Notes: generated by a model not told the origin, from the sequence alone. Shown: positions 1 through 8,310, numbered from the stretch's first letter. The stretch is 50,938 bases of DNA from Candidatus Binataceae bacterium (GCA_035533435.1 DATLTX010000086.1:1-50938); one strand, 5' to 3'. A program made the numbers and translations.

Positions 1-17
1 AATCGGAGATTACGGAC

Positions 18-881
18 ATGAACGTTTACGAAATCGTCACCGAGAAGATCGTGAAGCTGCTCGAACAAGGTATAGTGCCGTGGCGCAGGCCGTGGACCTC
101 GACCGGACTGCCGCGCAATCTGGTATCGAAGAAACCGTATAGAGGCATCAACTATTTTCTGCTTTCCGCGTCTAAGTACGTGTCGCCCTTCTGGTTGTCT
201 TACCGGCAGGCGAACGAACTTGGCGGACACGTCCGCAAAGGCGAGGAGAGCACGATCGTCGTCTTCTGGAAGGTCGAAGACCTGAAGCGGAGCAACCAAG
301 ACCTCGACCCCGAGGAGAAGAATCGCCGGCGATTCGTTTTGCGATACTATCGCGTCTTCAATCTCGAACAATACGAATTGCCGCAAGCCGTGCTCGATAA
401 GTTGCCGAAAATCGAGACGCACGAGCACGACCCGATCGAAGCGGCCGAACGGATCATCGCCGCAATGCCTAACCCACCCGAGATAGTACGCGGAGGCTCG
501 AAAGCGTTTTACTCGCCGATCACCGATCGCATTACGCTTCCGCCGCGCGAGTTATTCATCAGCGCCGAAGAAGAAGCCGCCACTGAAACCCACGAACTGA
601 TCCATTCAAGCGGCCACGTGAAACGCCTTGGGAGAGAAGGCATCTGCGAAGCCGCGCCGTTTGGTTCTCCCGTCTATTCCAAAGAGGAACTTGTCGCCGA
701 GATGGGAGCGGCTTTCCTTTGCGCTGAAGCCGAAATCTCTAACGCGGTCATCGACAACCAGGCCGCGTATGTCGCTGGATGGCTGAAGAAGCTCCGCGAT
801 GATCGCAAGCTCCCGATCCACGCCGTAGCCCAGGCACAGCATGCGGTCGATATCATTCTCAGACGCACCTGCACTAATTAG
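18..881 (+). CDS. ardC: ArdC-like antirestriction protein (N-terminal ssDNA-binding ArdC-N/DUF1738 domain plus C-terminal zincin metallopeptidase)
   Basis: 287-aa ORF. N-terminal VPWRRPW...YRGINYFLL signature typical of ArdC-N. C-terminal HExxH-type motif HELIHSSGH followed by KRL. GGAGA 8 nt upstream of the ATG. Confidence 0.85.
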   Translation: MNVYEIVTEKIVKLLEQGIVPWRRPWTSTGLPRNLVSKKPYRGINYFLLSASKYVSPFWLSYRQANELGGHVRKGEESTIVVFWKVEDLKRSNQDLDPEEKNRRRFVLRYYRVFNLEQYELPQAVLDKLPKIETHEHDPIEAAERIIAAMPNPPEIVRGGSKAFYSPITDRITLPPRELFISAEEEAATETHELIHSSGHVKRLGREGICEAAPFGSPVYSKEELVAEMGAAFLCAEAEISNAVIDNQAAYVAGWLKKLRDDRKLPIHAVAQAQHAVDIILRRTCTN

Positions 882-1055
882 GCGCCGCATCTTCCGGATC
901 ACCGGCCGCCTGAAAGACCTGACCTCCGCAAATTCCCGAGTTACTCAGCCTGCGGCAACCGACGCCAGCCGAATCAATACGCGCGCGATGTGGGCACTCC
1001 GGGGGAAACTGGAAAAAAGTGGGCGCTTGAGCGGTCGCGCCAAGGCTCTAATTCG

Positions 1056-1061
1056 TATAAT
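1056..1061 (+). promoter_or_regulatory. candidate -10 box (TATAAT) for tRNA-Ser
   Basis: Perfect TATAAT 20 nt upstream of tRNA position 1. No convincing -35 hexamer at 17 nt spacing. Confidence 0.3.
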
Positions 1062-1080
1062 TGCTTGATAAATGAGGCGT

Positions 1081-1167
1081 GGAGGGGTGGCCGAGTGGTT
1101 GAAGGCACCGGTCTTGAAAACCGGCAGCGATGAAAGTCGCTCGTGGGTTCGAATCCCACCCCCTCCG
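1081..1167 (+). tRNA. tRNA-Ser (anticodon UGA), type II tRNA with long variable arm
   Basis: Hand-folded cloverleaf. Acceptor GGAGGGG/CCCCTCC; 3-bp D stem GCC/GGC; anticodon stem CCGGT/ACCGG with loop CTTGAAA (anticodon TGA). Variable arm GCGA-TGAAAG-TCGC; T arm GTGGG-TTCGAAT-CCCAC; discriminator G. CCA is not encoded. Confidence 0.95.
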
Positions 1168-1175
1168 CCGTCGCA
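1156..1175 (+). repeat. direct repeat copy 1 (attL-like), spanning the tRNA-Ser 3' end
   Basis: CCACCCCCTCCGCCGTCGCA matches 5474-5493 at 19 of 20 positions. Confidence 0.7.
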
Positions 1176-1289
1176 TCTCTGATTTTCTTGAGTCGTTCTC
1201 GTCGAGAGAAGCGTTCGGCCTTCCTTCTTTTGCGAAGCTAAACTTGGAAGCCAGAGATTCGATGACGCAGCGACAAGGTTAAGCTCGAT

Positions 1290-1577
1290 ATGAACACCGC
1301 TCCGATATTCGGCACGTTCACCCTCAAGAGCAACGAAGATGGCGATTGGTACGAGGTGTCGTTTAAACCGGACCGCGACCAGATTTGGTCCGCTCAGCCG
1401 CAGGGATGGATTGTGAAGTTCTCGGGAGCACATTGCGTTGACGAGGTCGAGAACTTAGTTGGCGCGGATAGGCCGGATAATCTCCGTGACGCCAGATTGC
1501 ATGGATTCGCGCAATTTAGCGGCCACGTCACGCGCGACCAGTATTGGAAACCCGCTGACTGCACGAGCAGGGGATGA
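1290..1577 (+). CDS. hypothetical protein (95 aa)
   Basis: ORF whose stop overlaps the next start (ATGA at 1574-1577). No family recognised. Confidence 0.35.
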   Translation: MNTAPIFGTFTLKSNEDGDWYEVSFKPDRDQIWSAQPQGWIVKFSGAHCVDEVENLVGADRPDNLRDARLHGFAQFSGHVTRDQYWKPADCTSRG

Positions 1578-2175
1578 CGCGATCGCTCGCGTTTTCGCAG
1601 ACCGTTTTGAGAATATCACTGGGGGAGTGCGTGGAAATGGCCAATTCAACGCCCATCTACGAAGCGTTCGTCAAGCTCGGTACTGCGATAGCGAGGCTTC
1701 CGCTGGCCGAGTCTGAACCGCCTGTGTACCCTTGGAGCTGGGAGCCGCTCAAAGGCCTTGCGACCGAGATTGATGCAATCCAGGCCAAGCACGACCGCGT
1801 TCTGCAGGCCATCCGCCACTGGCTGATCAAGGCCAGCCTAAAGTTCGGCAATCCGAGCAATGCGTCGACCGATCAGGATTTCGTGGCCGCGCTGAGCTGA
1901 TCCGTACCAAGAGCGGTTTCGCGCAGGAATTTCGTTGGCGAGTTGAACGACCTAGCCAACTGCTGGCGCCAATCGCCGAGTCGGCGAGCGATCTACTGTG
2001 CAATCACGAGTTGAACCGAATCAAGCGCTGCGCGAATCCGACTTGCGGCCTGTTCTTCTATGAGATCGCAAGGAATCGACAGCGGCGCTGGTGCAGCATG
2101 AAGACCTGCGGCAACCGAGCGAAGTTCGCTGCCTTCCGCCACCGCCATCAACTCGGGCAAAGTACAGATCGTTAG
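1574..2175 (+). pseudogene. CGNR zinc-finger (ABATE/zf-CGNR type) protein gene, apparently frameshifted near 1890-1900
   Basis: The frame starting at 1574 stops at 1898-1900. The frame congruent with 1774 then reads ...LIRTKSGFAQEFRWRVERPSQLLAPIAESASDLLCNHELNRIKRCANPTCGLFFYEIARNRQRRWCSMKTCGNRAKFAAFRHRHQ* and stops at 2173-2175. It contains the RRWCSM..CGNRAK signature but has no start codon of its own. Combined length of about 200 aa fits full-length CGNR proteins. The C-terminal part is absent from the supplied ORF track. Confidence 0.6.
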
Positions 2176-2203
2176 CTTCGCCAACCGCACAAACCGTGCA
2201 CGC

Positions 2204-2719
2204 TCAGCAGAGTCCCGTCCAATCCTCCATACGCAACTGGTAGTGGTTGCGGTCAAGAGCCGGTTCGTATTGAAGAAATTTGAAATCGCACTTCTCGAGG
2301 ACGCGAGCCGAGGCCTGGTTTTCGCGCATCGTAAATGCGCCGATTTCCCGAAGACCAATATCCTTAAAGCCGTGTCGCAGAGAACACTGCACAACGTCGG
2401 TAGCGAATCCTCGACCCTGGTAGGCTGGGTGGATGAAGTAGCTCACCTCAGTTCCCCATCCCGGAGCATTGGGGTCGATGTTCAGGCCTCCCCAGCCAAT
2501 CACACGCTCCTCCAGCCTATGGACGATCGTCCAAGGAGCGAAGCCATTTGCTCGCCGAGCGTCCGCATATCGACGAAGCCAACTCTCACACGCGGCCCGA
2601 GATTCGGCGCAGAACGTGAACCTCATGTGATCCCGGTTACCTTGAATCTCGTATAGAGCATCTACGTCCGAATCTCTGAACTCCCTAAGAATCAGGCGAT
2701 TGGTATGTAACTCAGACAT
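2204..2719 (-). CDS. GNAT family N-acetyltransferase (RimJ/RimL-like)
   Basis: 171 aa. N-terminal TNRLILREF...D pattern and acetyl-CoA motif QGRGFATD typical of Acetyltransf_3-type GNATs. Confidence 0.9.
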   Translation of the reverse strand: MSELHTNRLILREFRDSDVDALYEIQGNRDHMRFTFCAESRAACESWLRRYADARRANGFAPWTIVHRLEERVIGWGGLNIDPNAPGWGTEVSYFIHPAYQGRGFATDVVQCSLRHGFKDIGLREIGAFTMRENQASARVLEKCDFKFLQYEPALDRNHYQLRMEDWTGLC

Positions 2720-2804
2720 GATTATCTTAATCTACCACAGGATCCGGACGCCCGCCGCTCGCCCCGGCGTGCGCCAAGCGTGCCGCCTCTGTTTTAACTG
2801 TCCC

Positions 2805-3434
2805 TCACAAGCGAGATTTGGCCAATGCGACCGCAGCGACTAGGAACATCATACCCGCAAGGCGATTCACAAGCTTCACAAACCGCGGTTGAACAGCAAG
2901 CTTACCGAGCTGTGCAGCCAACGTGCCGTACAAGCTGAGCACCATGAACTCAACCGCTATGCTGGTGACGGCAAGGATCAAAACCTGCCGCGTGACGCTA
3001 TGACCTGGGGTGATGAACTGCGGGAGTACCGCAACGAAAAAGACAAGAAGCCCTGGCTTTGAGATTTGAAGCAGAAAACCCCCACCAAAGACCCTTGCAG
3101 ATGAAACAGGCGACTCGGCGGAAGTCGCCAGAGACAGTCCCGCGCCGGCGCCCACGAATGTACGAATTCCGAGCCAAACGGTGTAGGCGGCGCCGACCCA
3201 GACGATCAGACTGAAAGCGTTGCGCGACCCGATGAGTACGGCGGCGATGCTTGTAGCCGACAGAAGAAAGTAGACTGCATTTGCCGCTAATATCCCGCAG
3301 CTAGCCCATGTCGATGCTAACCTGCCTCTCGCCAAACCCTGGGATATAACGAAGAGAACCGCTGGACCCGGAGAAAAACACGACACGGTCTCCATCAGCA
3401 AGAAAATTGTCCAAACCTTAGCGCTCATGGCCAA
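2805..3434 (-). CDS. LysE/RhtB family amino-acid exporter
   Basis: 209 aa, about six hydrophobic segments, N-terminal SPGPAVLFV motif characteristic of the LysE family. Confidence 0.9.
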   Translation of the reverse strand: MAMSAKVWTIFLLMETVSCFSPGPAVLFVISQGLARGRLASTWASCGILAANAVYFLLSATSIAAVLIGSRNAFSLIVWVGAAYTVWLGIRTFVGAGAGLSLATSAESPVSSARVFGGGFLLQISKPGLLVFFVAVLPQFITPGHSVTRQVLILAVTSIAVEFMVLSLYGTLAAQLGKLAVQPRFVKLVNRLAGMMFLVAAVALAKSRL

Positions 3435-3888
3435 GCTCCAAGCCCCCGAGAACGTATCCCGGCGACACGGTCCAGACCACAGCCCGTCTTCCTCTGATGG
3501 ACAGGTTGCGCCGCGCCGCTTCTGGCCCGGATTCCTTCGGGTTTGGTCAGGTCAATCAGACTCAAAGGTGTGCCGAAGGGATCGACGACTACAGCGCACT
3601 TTCCCACCACCACATCAAACGGAGCGGCAACCACAGTACAGCCCTCGCGCACCAGCGTCTGCACCGCGCGCGGCAGGTAGTCCATTAGGTAAGTTACATC
3701 GACCTCTGCAGGAATCGACGTGATGCGGTGCAGCACGATTTCGGCATCGCCATTCGGAAACCGAAGGCCAATTGATCCTTCGGCCTTATCCGACCACGCC
3801 TGCGGCATTCCAAGCACGGAACGTAAAATTCGCGCGCTTTTTTCGGATCGTCGACTTTCACCATGATGCAGTCGATTTTCTTCAGCAT
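3425..3888 (-). pseudogene. VOC/glyoxalase-bleomycin resistance family gene with a 1-nt frameshift after codon ~22
   Basis: The ATG at 3888 gives MLKKIDCIMVKVDDPKKAREFY, a typical VOC beta1-alpha1 start, which then runs into Arg-rich nonsense. The continuation RSVLGMPQAWSDKAEGSIGLRFPNGDAEIVLH...VVDPFGTPLSLIDL lies in the adjacent frame. The junction is at GAATTTTACGTTCC (about 3818-3831). Confidence 0.7.
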
Positions 3889-3926
3889 CAACTTTCCGCA
3901 GGGGCGATATACCCCCGACGCGACAG

Positions 3927-3950
3927 GCGCAAGGCACGCGTGCCTCGCGC
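3927..3950. promoter_or_regulatory. near-perfect 24-bp palindrome (core GGCACGCGTGCC) upstream of the VOC-LysE genes
   Basis: GCGCAAGGCACGCGTGCCTCGCGC, one mismatch between arms, about 40 nt upstream of the VOC start. Confidence 0.3.
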
Positions 3951-3985
3951 CAGCGGCCACGCCGTCCATTCGCAATCTGCCTCGA

Positions 3986-4004
3986 CTGTTCGGAATCCGA
4001 ACAG
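3986..4004. promoter_or_regulatory. 19-bp perfect palindrome CTGTTCGGAATCCGAACAG (candidate operator, copy 1)
   Basis: The core GTTCGGAATCCGAAC is repeated identically at 4058-4072. Confidence 0.4.
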
Positions 4005-4056
4005 TGGCTGCGAAAATCATCCCTAAGAGCCCGAATCTAAAGGCATTTCGAAAAAG

Positions 4057-4073
4057 TGTTCGGAATCCGAACA
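4057..4073. promoter_or_regulatory. 17-bp perfect palindrome TGTTCGGAATCCGAACA (candidate operator, copy 2)
   Basis: Identical 15-bp core to copy 1. Centres are 70 bp apart, in the divergent intergenic region between the VOC and HTH genes. Confidence 0.4.
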
Positions 4074-4240
4074 TGAACACTATTTTTCATCCCAAATCTT
4101 GCAAGGCCGGCGCGATCGGCTCCGGCGAAACCGCGCGGGCGGCGACGCACGGGACACGTTCCCCAACCGGCACTGACGTTGCTCCGTAAGACCTCGGATG
4201 AGTGGAGGTGGCGTGGTGCTGGAAACCAGGAGATCACGCC

Positions 4241-4627
4241 ATGTCAGATCACATCTCGCGGCGTCCGCCGCTATCCGTCACCCTTGGTGAGTTGATCGCC
4301 GATCCGAGTCGCGCCGACGGCCTGACCCTCGATGCCCTCGCCATATTGGTCGCGGAGATCTCGTCGCGCGGCGCCGCACTGACGACGCTTCAGGGGACGC
4401 TGCTCTCGCTCATGATCGGCAGGCGCGACGGCAATCGAGACGGCGCGCTCGCCGATGGTCTCCTCGATGCGCCTGAGCTCGCGAAGCGTTTCGGAGTGCC
4501 CGAATCATGGGTCAGAGAGCAGGCGCGCCAGGGCAATCTGCCGTGCCTGAAACTCGGGCATTACATGCGATTCCGGCTTGAAGAAGTTGAACGCTTTCTC
4601 ACCGAACGCGCGAACCATCCTGATTGA
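4241..4627 (+). CDS. helix-turn-helix DNA-binding protein, excisionase/MerR-like (HTH_17 type)
   Basis: C-terminal LAKRFGVPESWVREQARQGNLPCLKLGHYMRFRLEEVERFL matches the excisionase-family HTH pattern. AGGAGA 7 nt upstream of the ATG at 4241. The ORF track gives a longer version from 4202. Confidence 0.75.
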   Translation: MSDHISRRPPLSVTLGELIADPSRADGLTLDALAILVAEISSRGAALTTLQGTLLSLMIGRRDGNRDGALADGLLDAPELAKRFGVPESWVREQARQGNLPCLKLGHYMRFRLEEVERFLTERANHPD

Positions 4628-4662
4628 ACCGGCGGGACGGCTCATAGACGGAGAACCAAAAA

Positions 4663-4908
4663 ATGAAGACGACAAGTCCAAACCCTGAAACGATAACCTT
4701 TGAGCCGGTCGATCCGCGCGCGCTCCTGCGCCTGAAGCAAGTCCTTCGCCTCTGTCCGATAGGAGCAAGCACGTGGTGGGAAGGAGTTAGACGCGGTCGT
4801 TTTCCAAAGCCCGTCAAACTCGGACAAAAAACCACCGCATGGCGTGCGAGCGATGTGCTGGCCCTCATCGATTCACTGCCGCATGACGGGGGCGTTGACC
4901 GCGAATAA
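4663..4908 (+). CDS. alpA: AlpA family phage/island regulatory protein
   Basis: 81 aa. LLRLKQVLRLCPIGASTWWEGVRRGRFPKPVKLGQKTTAWRASDV matches the AlpA (Phage_AlpA) HTH pattern. Confidence 0.85.
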   Translation: MKTTSPNPETITFEPVDPRALLRLKQVLRLCPIGASTWWEGVRRGRFPKPVKLGQKTTAWRASDVLALIDSLPHDGGVDRE

Positions 4909-4956
4909 CCAAGACCTCGAAATCCTCGGTTTCCTCCCGCACGCGCAGCGCTTCGG

Positions 4957-5283
4957 TCAACAGACAGCGCGGACATGTTGGTAGATAAAGATCACGCTCC
5001 ATCCGATGGCAGCGTAGAGAAGGCCGTTGAGCGCAATGACTGCGAAGAAGACGAACGCTGCGGCACCTGTGGTATGAACGAGATCGAGAGCCATCAACAA
5101 AATGCTGCTAGGACAAAGCCAAATCAGCCAATAACATTTTTCCGGTCCGCACCCGTCGAACAAGACAAGGCCCAAATACTCGACCGGCCAAACAAGAACC
5201 CCAAGAAATGCGCCGACCAAGATGGCTTTTCGTTGTAGGGTCATCCAAGCGTCTAGGCTTTCGAGATGGCCGGAGGTTATCAC
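4957..5283 (-). CDS. small hypothetical membrane protein
   Basis: 108-aa ORF with 3 hydrophobic segments, lower GC. No family recognised. Confidence 0.4.
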   Translation of the reverse strand: MITSGHLESLDAWMTLQRKAILVGAFLGVLVWPVEYLGLVLFDGCGPEKCYWLIWLCPSSILLMALDLVHTTGAAAFVFFAVIALNGLLYAAIGWSVIFIYQHVRAVC

Positions 5284-5473
5284 GCGTTCGCAGTGGAACG
5301 AACAAGGGTCTTGAAATGGCCTAGTTTCCCGCGCTCAATGGCGGAAGTCGGCCGGCACTGAGGGGGCGCAGACGCTGGCGCGGAAAGATCCCGCTGGGGT
5401 AACTTTGGGGGTAGGCACCAAATTGGACGAAAACAATCGCATGGACTCAAGGCTTTTTTACTCTGTGTGATAG

Positions 5474-5493
5474 CCACCCCCTCCGCCATCGCA
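5474..5493 (+). repeat. direct repeat copy 2 (attR-like)
   Basis: CCACCCCCTCCGCCATCGCA, 19/20 identical to 1156-1175. It sits 45 nt before the amidohydrolase gene. Confidence 0.7.
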
Positions 5494-5538
5494 ATCGGAC
5501 GCATTGAGAACTCGTAATCGCGCGATGAGATAATCCTG

Positions 5539-6570
5539 ATGGCAACAAATTCTGTGACTGAAAAGGACGGCTGGCTCGCTCTGGTTCGCGAACCCACGCT
5601 CGAGCCTGCACTGCCGATAATCGATCCGCATCATCATCTGTGGGACCATCCGGGCAGCCGCTACTTGCTCGAGGAAATCCTGCACGATACGGGCTCCGGT
5701 CATCGCGTGATCGCGACCGTGTTCGTCGAATGCATGTCGATGTATCGCGCCGACGGCGACCCGGCGATGAGACCGGTCGGCGAGACGGAATTTGTCAACG
5801 GTATCGCCGCGCAGAGCGCGAGCGGAGGCTACGGCGAGACGCGGGTCGCGGCGGGGATCGTCGGCTTTGCCGATCTGAGTCTCGGCGCCGCGGTCGAACC
5901 GGTGTTGCACGCGCATCTTGCCGCCGCGCCCGCGCGGTTTCGCGGGATCCGCCACGCTGGAGGATTCGACGCGTCGCCGGAGATTCGCAATTCCCACACC
6001 AATCCGCCCGCCGATCTTTATCAATCGCCGCGTTTTCGCGAGGGCTTCGGCCGCCTCTCCAAGCTCGGGCTCGTCTTCGATGCATGGCAGTATCATCCGC
6101 AGTTGCCGGCGCTGACCGAGCTGGCGCGGGCGTTTCCGGGAACAAAGATTGTCCTCGATCACTTTGGCGGTCCGCTTGGAATCGGGCCGTACGAACGCCG
6201 CCGCGCCGCGGTGTTCGAGGAATGGAAAAGGGATCTCGCGGAACTCGCTCGCTGCCCGAATGTTGTCGCGAAGCTTGGCGGAATCAACATGCCGGTCAAC
6301 GGATTCGGCTGGCACAAGCGGCCGGCGCCGCCAACTTCGGATGAACTCGCGGCGGCGACACGCGAATACTATCTTCACACGATCGATCGCTTCGGCCCGG
6401 CGCGATGCATGTTCGAAAGCAATTTTCCGGTCGATCGCGTTTCGTGCTCGTACCGTGTGCTTTGGAACACATTCAAGAAGATCGCGGCCGGGTTCAGCGC
6501 GGACGAGAAAGCCTCGCTATTCCATCGCACGGCCGCCGAGACCTACCGGATTGCTCTACCCGCGGTCTGA
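5539..6570 (+). CDS. amidohydrolase family protein (Amidohydro_2, TIM-barrel metal-dependent hydrolase)
   Basis: 343 aa. N-terminal IIDPHHHLWD metal-binding motif and the DHFGGP/..FESNFPVD pattern typical of this family. Confidence 0.9.
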   Translation: MATNSVTEKDGWLALVREPTLEPALPIIDPHHHLWDHPGSRYLLEEILHDTGSGHRVIATVFVECMSMYRADGDPAMRPVGETEFVNGIAAQSASGGYGETRVAAGIVGFADLSLGAAVEPVLHAHLAAAPARFRGIRHAGGFDASPEIRNSHTNPPADLYQSPRFREGFGRLSKLGLVFDAWQYHPQLPALTELARAFPGTKIVLDHFGGPLGIGPYERRRAAVFEEWKRDLAELARCPNVVAKLGGINMPVNGFGWHKRPAPPTSDELAAATREYYLHTIDRFGPARCMFESNFPVDRVSCSYRVLWNTFKKIAAGFSADEKASLFHRTAAETYRIALPAV

Positions 6571-6663
6571 GGGCTTCCAATCCCGCGCGCTAGGCGGGAT
6601 TTCGCGCGGTCTGCTACTCTCGTGGATGGTCTCGCGCGGTTTACCCGCGCGCCCGGAGGAATC

Positions 6664-7080
6664 ATGGCGGACATGAATGAATTCAATCGCAAGGTGATCG
6701 AGGAATTCCGCACCAACGGCGGCAAGGTTGGCGGTCCGTTCGCAGCCGCCTCGATGATCCTGCTTACGACCAAGGGCGCCAAAAGCGGACAGACCTACAC
6801 GACTCCGCTGGTCTATACCCGCGACGGCGAGCGTATCGTCATAATCGCATCCAAGGCCGGAGCGCCGAAGCATCCCGACTGGTATCACAACCTGATCGCC
6901 AATCCAGTCATCACGGTGGAAGTCGGGACCGAAAAGTTTCAGGCCCGCGCGCGCGTGACCGCTGGCGCCGAGCGCGAGCGTCTTTACAACGCGCAGGCGG
7001 CGCAGATGCCGGTATTCAACGAGTATCGGCAGAAGACCAAGCGTGAGATTCCGGTCTTCGTTCTCGAACGTATTGGATAG
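6664..7080 (+). CDS. deazaflavin (F420)-dependent nitroreductase family protein (DUF385/DDN-like)
   Basis: FNRKVIEEFRTNGGKVGG...LLTTKGAKSG...HPDWYHNLIANP signature. GGAGGA precedes the ATG at 6664. The ORF track gives a longer version from 6622. Confidence 0.85.
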   Translation: MADMNEFNRKVIEEFRTNGGKVGGPFAAASMILLTTKGAKSGQTYTTPLVYTRDGERIVIIASKAGAPKHPDWYHNLIANPVITVEVGTEKFQARARVTAGAERERLYNAQAAQMPVFNEYRQKTKREIPVFVLERIG

Positions 7081-7098
7081 AGCAAAGAAGGAGACGCG

Positions 7099-8310
7099 AT
7101 GGAACTGTCACCGAAACGCGCAGGCTTCGCGCCAGATCGGCTTGGCCGGATAACCGATCATCTGAATCGCAACTATATCGAATCCGGCAAAATCGCCGGA
7201 TGCCAAACGCTGGTCGCGCGCCACGGCCACCTCGCGTACTTCAAGTCGATGGGCATGATGGATCGCGAGCGCCAAAAGCCGATGGCTGACGACGCGATCT
7301 TTCGCCTCTACTCGATGTCGAAACCGATCACCTCGGTCGCACTGATGAGTCTTTACGAGCAGGGCCATTTCCAGCTCAATGATCCGGTGTCGCGATTCAT
7401 CCCGCAGTGGCGCGACCACAAGGTCTGGATTTCCGGAGAGGGCGTCGCGATGCAGACCGCGGCGCCCGAGCGCCCGATGACGATGCGTCACGTGCTCAGC
7501 CATTCGGGCGGCCTCACCTACGGAGCGACGAACCATCCTGTCGATCGCGCCTATCGCGAGGCCGGGGTGCGCCGCGGCGACGGCGAGACGCTTGCCGATT
7601 TCGTGCGCAAGCTCGCCAAGGTTCCGCTGCGCTACGCGCCAGGCGAGCACTGGATGTACTCGTTTTCGACCGACGTATGCGGCTACCTGGTCGAGGCGAT
7701 TTCCGGGAAGCGTTTCGATAAATTTTTGCAGGAAACGATCTTCGAACCGCTCGGCATGGGCGACACTGCCTTCTCCGTCGCGCCGAAGAACGCCGGCCGC
7801 TTCGCCGCGAATTACCAACGCGAACCCGACAAGACGCTCAAATTGATCGACGATCCCGAGCGCAGTCCATATCTCAAGCAGCCGTCGTTTTTTTCAGGCG
7901 GCGGGGGACTCACCGGCACGACCGCCGACTATTTCCGCTTCTGCGAGATGCTCCGGCGCGGCGGCGAACTTGACGGTGCGCGGATTCTTGGTCCGCGCAC
8001 GATCGAGCTGATGCACATGAATCATCTGGCCGGCGGAAAGGACCTGACCCAGATGGCGATCGGAAATTTCTCCGAGACCGCGAATGAAGGCGTCGGCTTC
8101 GGACTCGGCTTCGCGATGACGCTCGGGCCGGTCGCGATTGGCGCGCTCGGTGACGGCGATTACTACTGGGGCGGCGCCGCCTCGACCATCTTCTGGATCG
8201 ATCCCAAGGAAGACATGGCCGTGATCTTTATGACGCAGCTCATGCCGTCGGGAACCTTCAACTTTCGGGGTCAGTTGCGCAATATAATATATTCCGCGAT
8301 CGTCGATTGA
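7099..8310 (+). CDS. serine hydrolase, beta-lactamase/class C-like esterase family
   Basis: 403 aa with SxxK motif (YSMSKPITS) and overall beta-lactamase-fold pattern. Confidence 0.9.
   Translation: MELSPKRAGFAPDRLGRITDHLNRNYIESGKIAGCQTLVARHGHLAYFKSMGMMDRERQKPMADDAIFRLYSMSKPITSVALMSLYEQGHFQLNDPVSRFIPQWRDHKVWISGEGVAMQTAAPERPMTMRHVLSHSGGLTYGATNHPVDRAYREAGVRRGDGETLADFVRKLAKVPLRYAPGEHWMYSFSTDVCGYLVEAISGKRFDKFLQETIFEPLGMGDTAFSVAPKNAGRFAANYQREPDKTLKLIDDPERSPYLKQPSFFSGGGGLTGTTADYFRFCEMLRRGGELDGARILGPRTIELMHMNHLAGGKDLTQMAIGNFSETANEGVGFGLGFAMTLGPVAIGALGDGDYYWGGAASTIFWIDPKEDMAVIFMTQLMPSGTFNFRGQLRNIIYSAIVD

Larger units (their letters stand above)
1156..5493. mobile_element. integrase-less genomic island remnant inserted at the tRNA-Ser 3' end
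   Basis: Bounded by the 20-bp direct repeat. Visibly lower GC than the flanks. Carries AlpA and an excisionase-type HTH gene, accessory cargo, and two frameshifted genes. No recombinase-like ORF in any frame. Confidence 0.6.
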
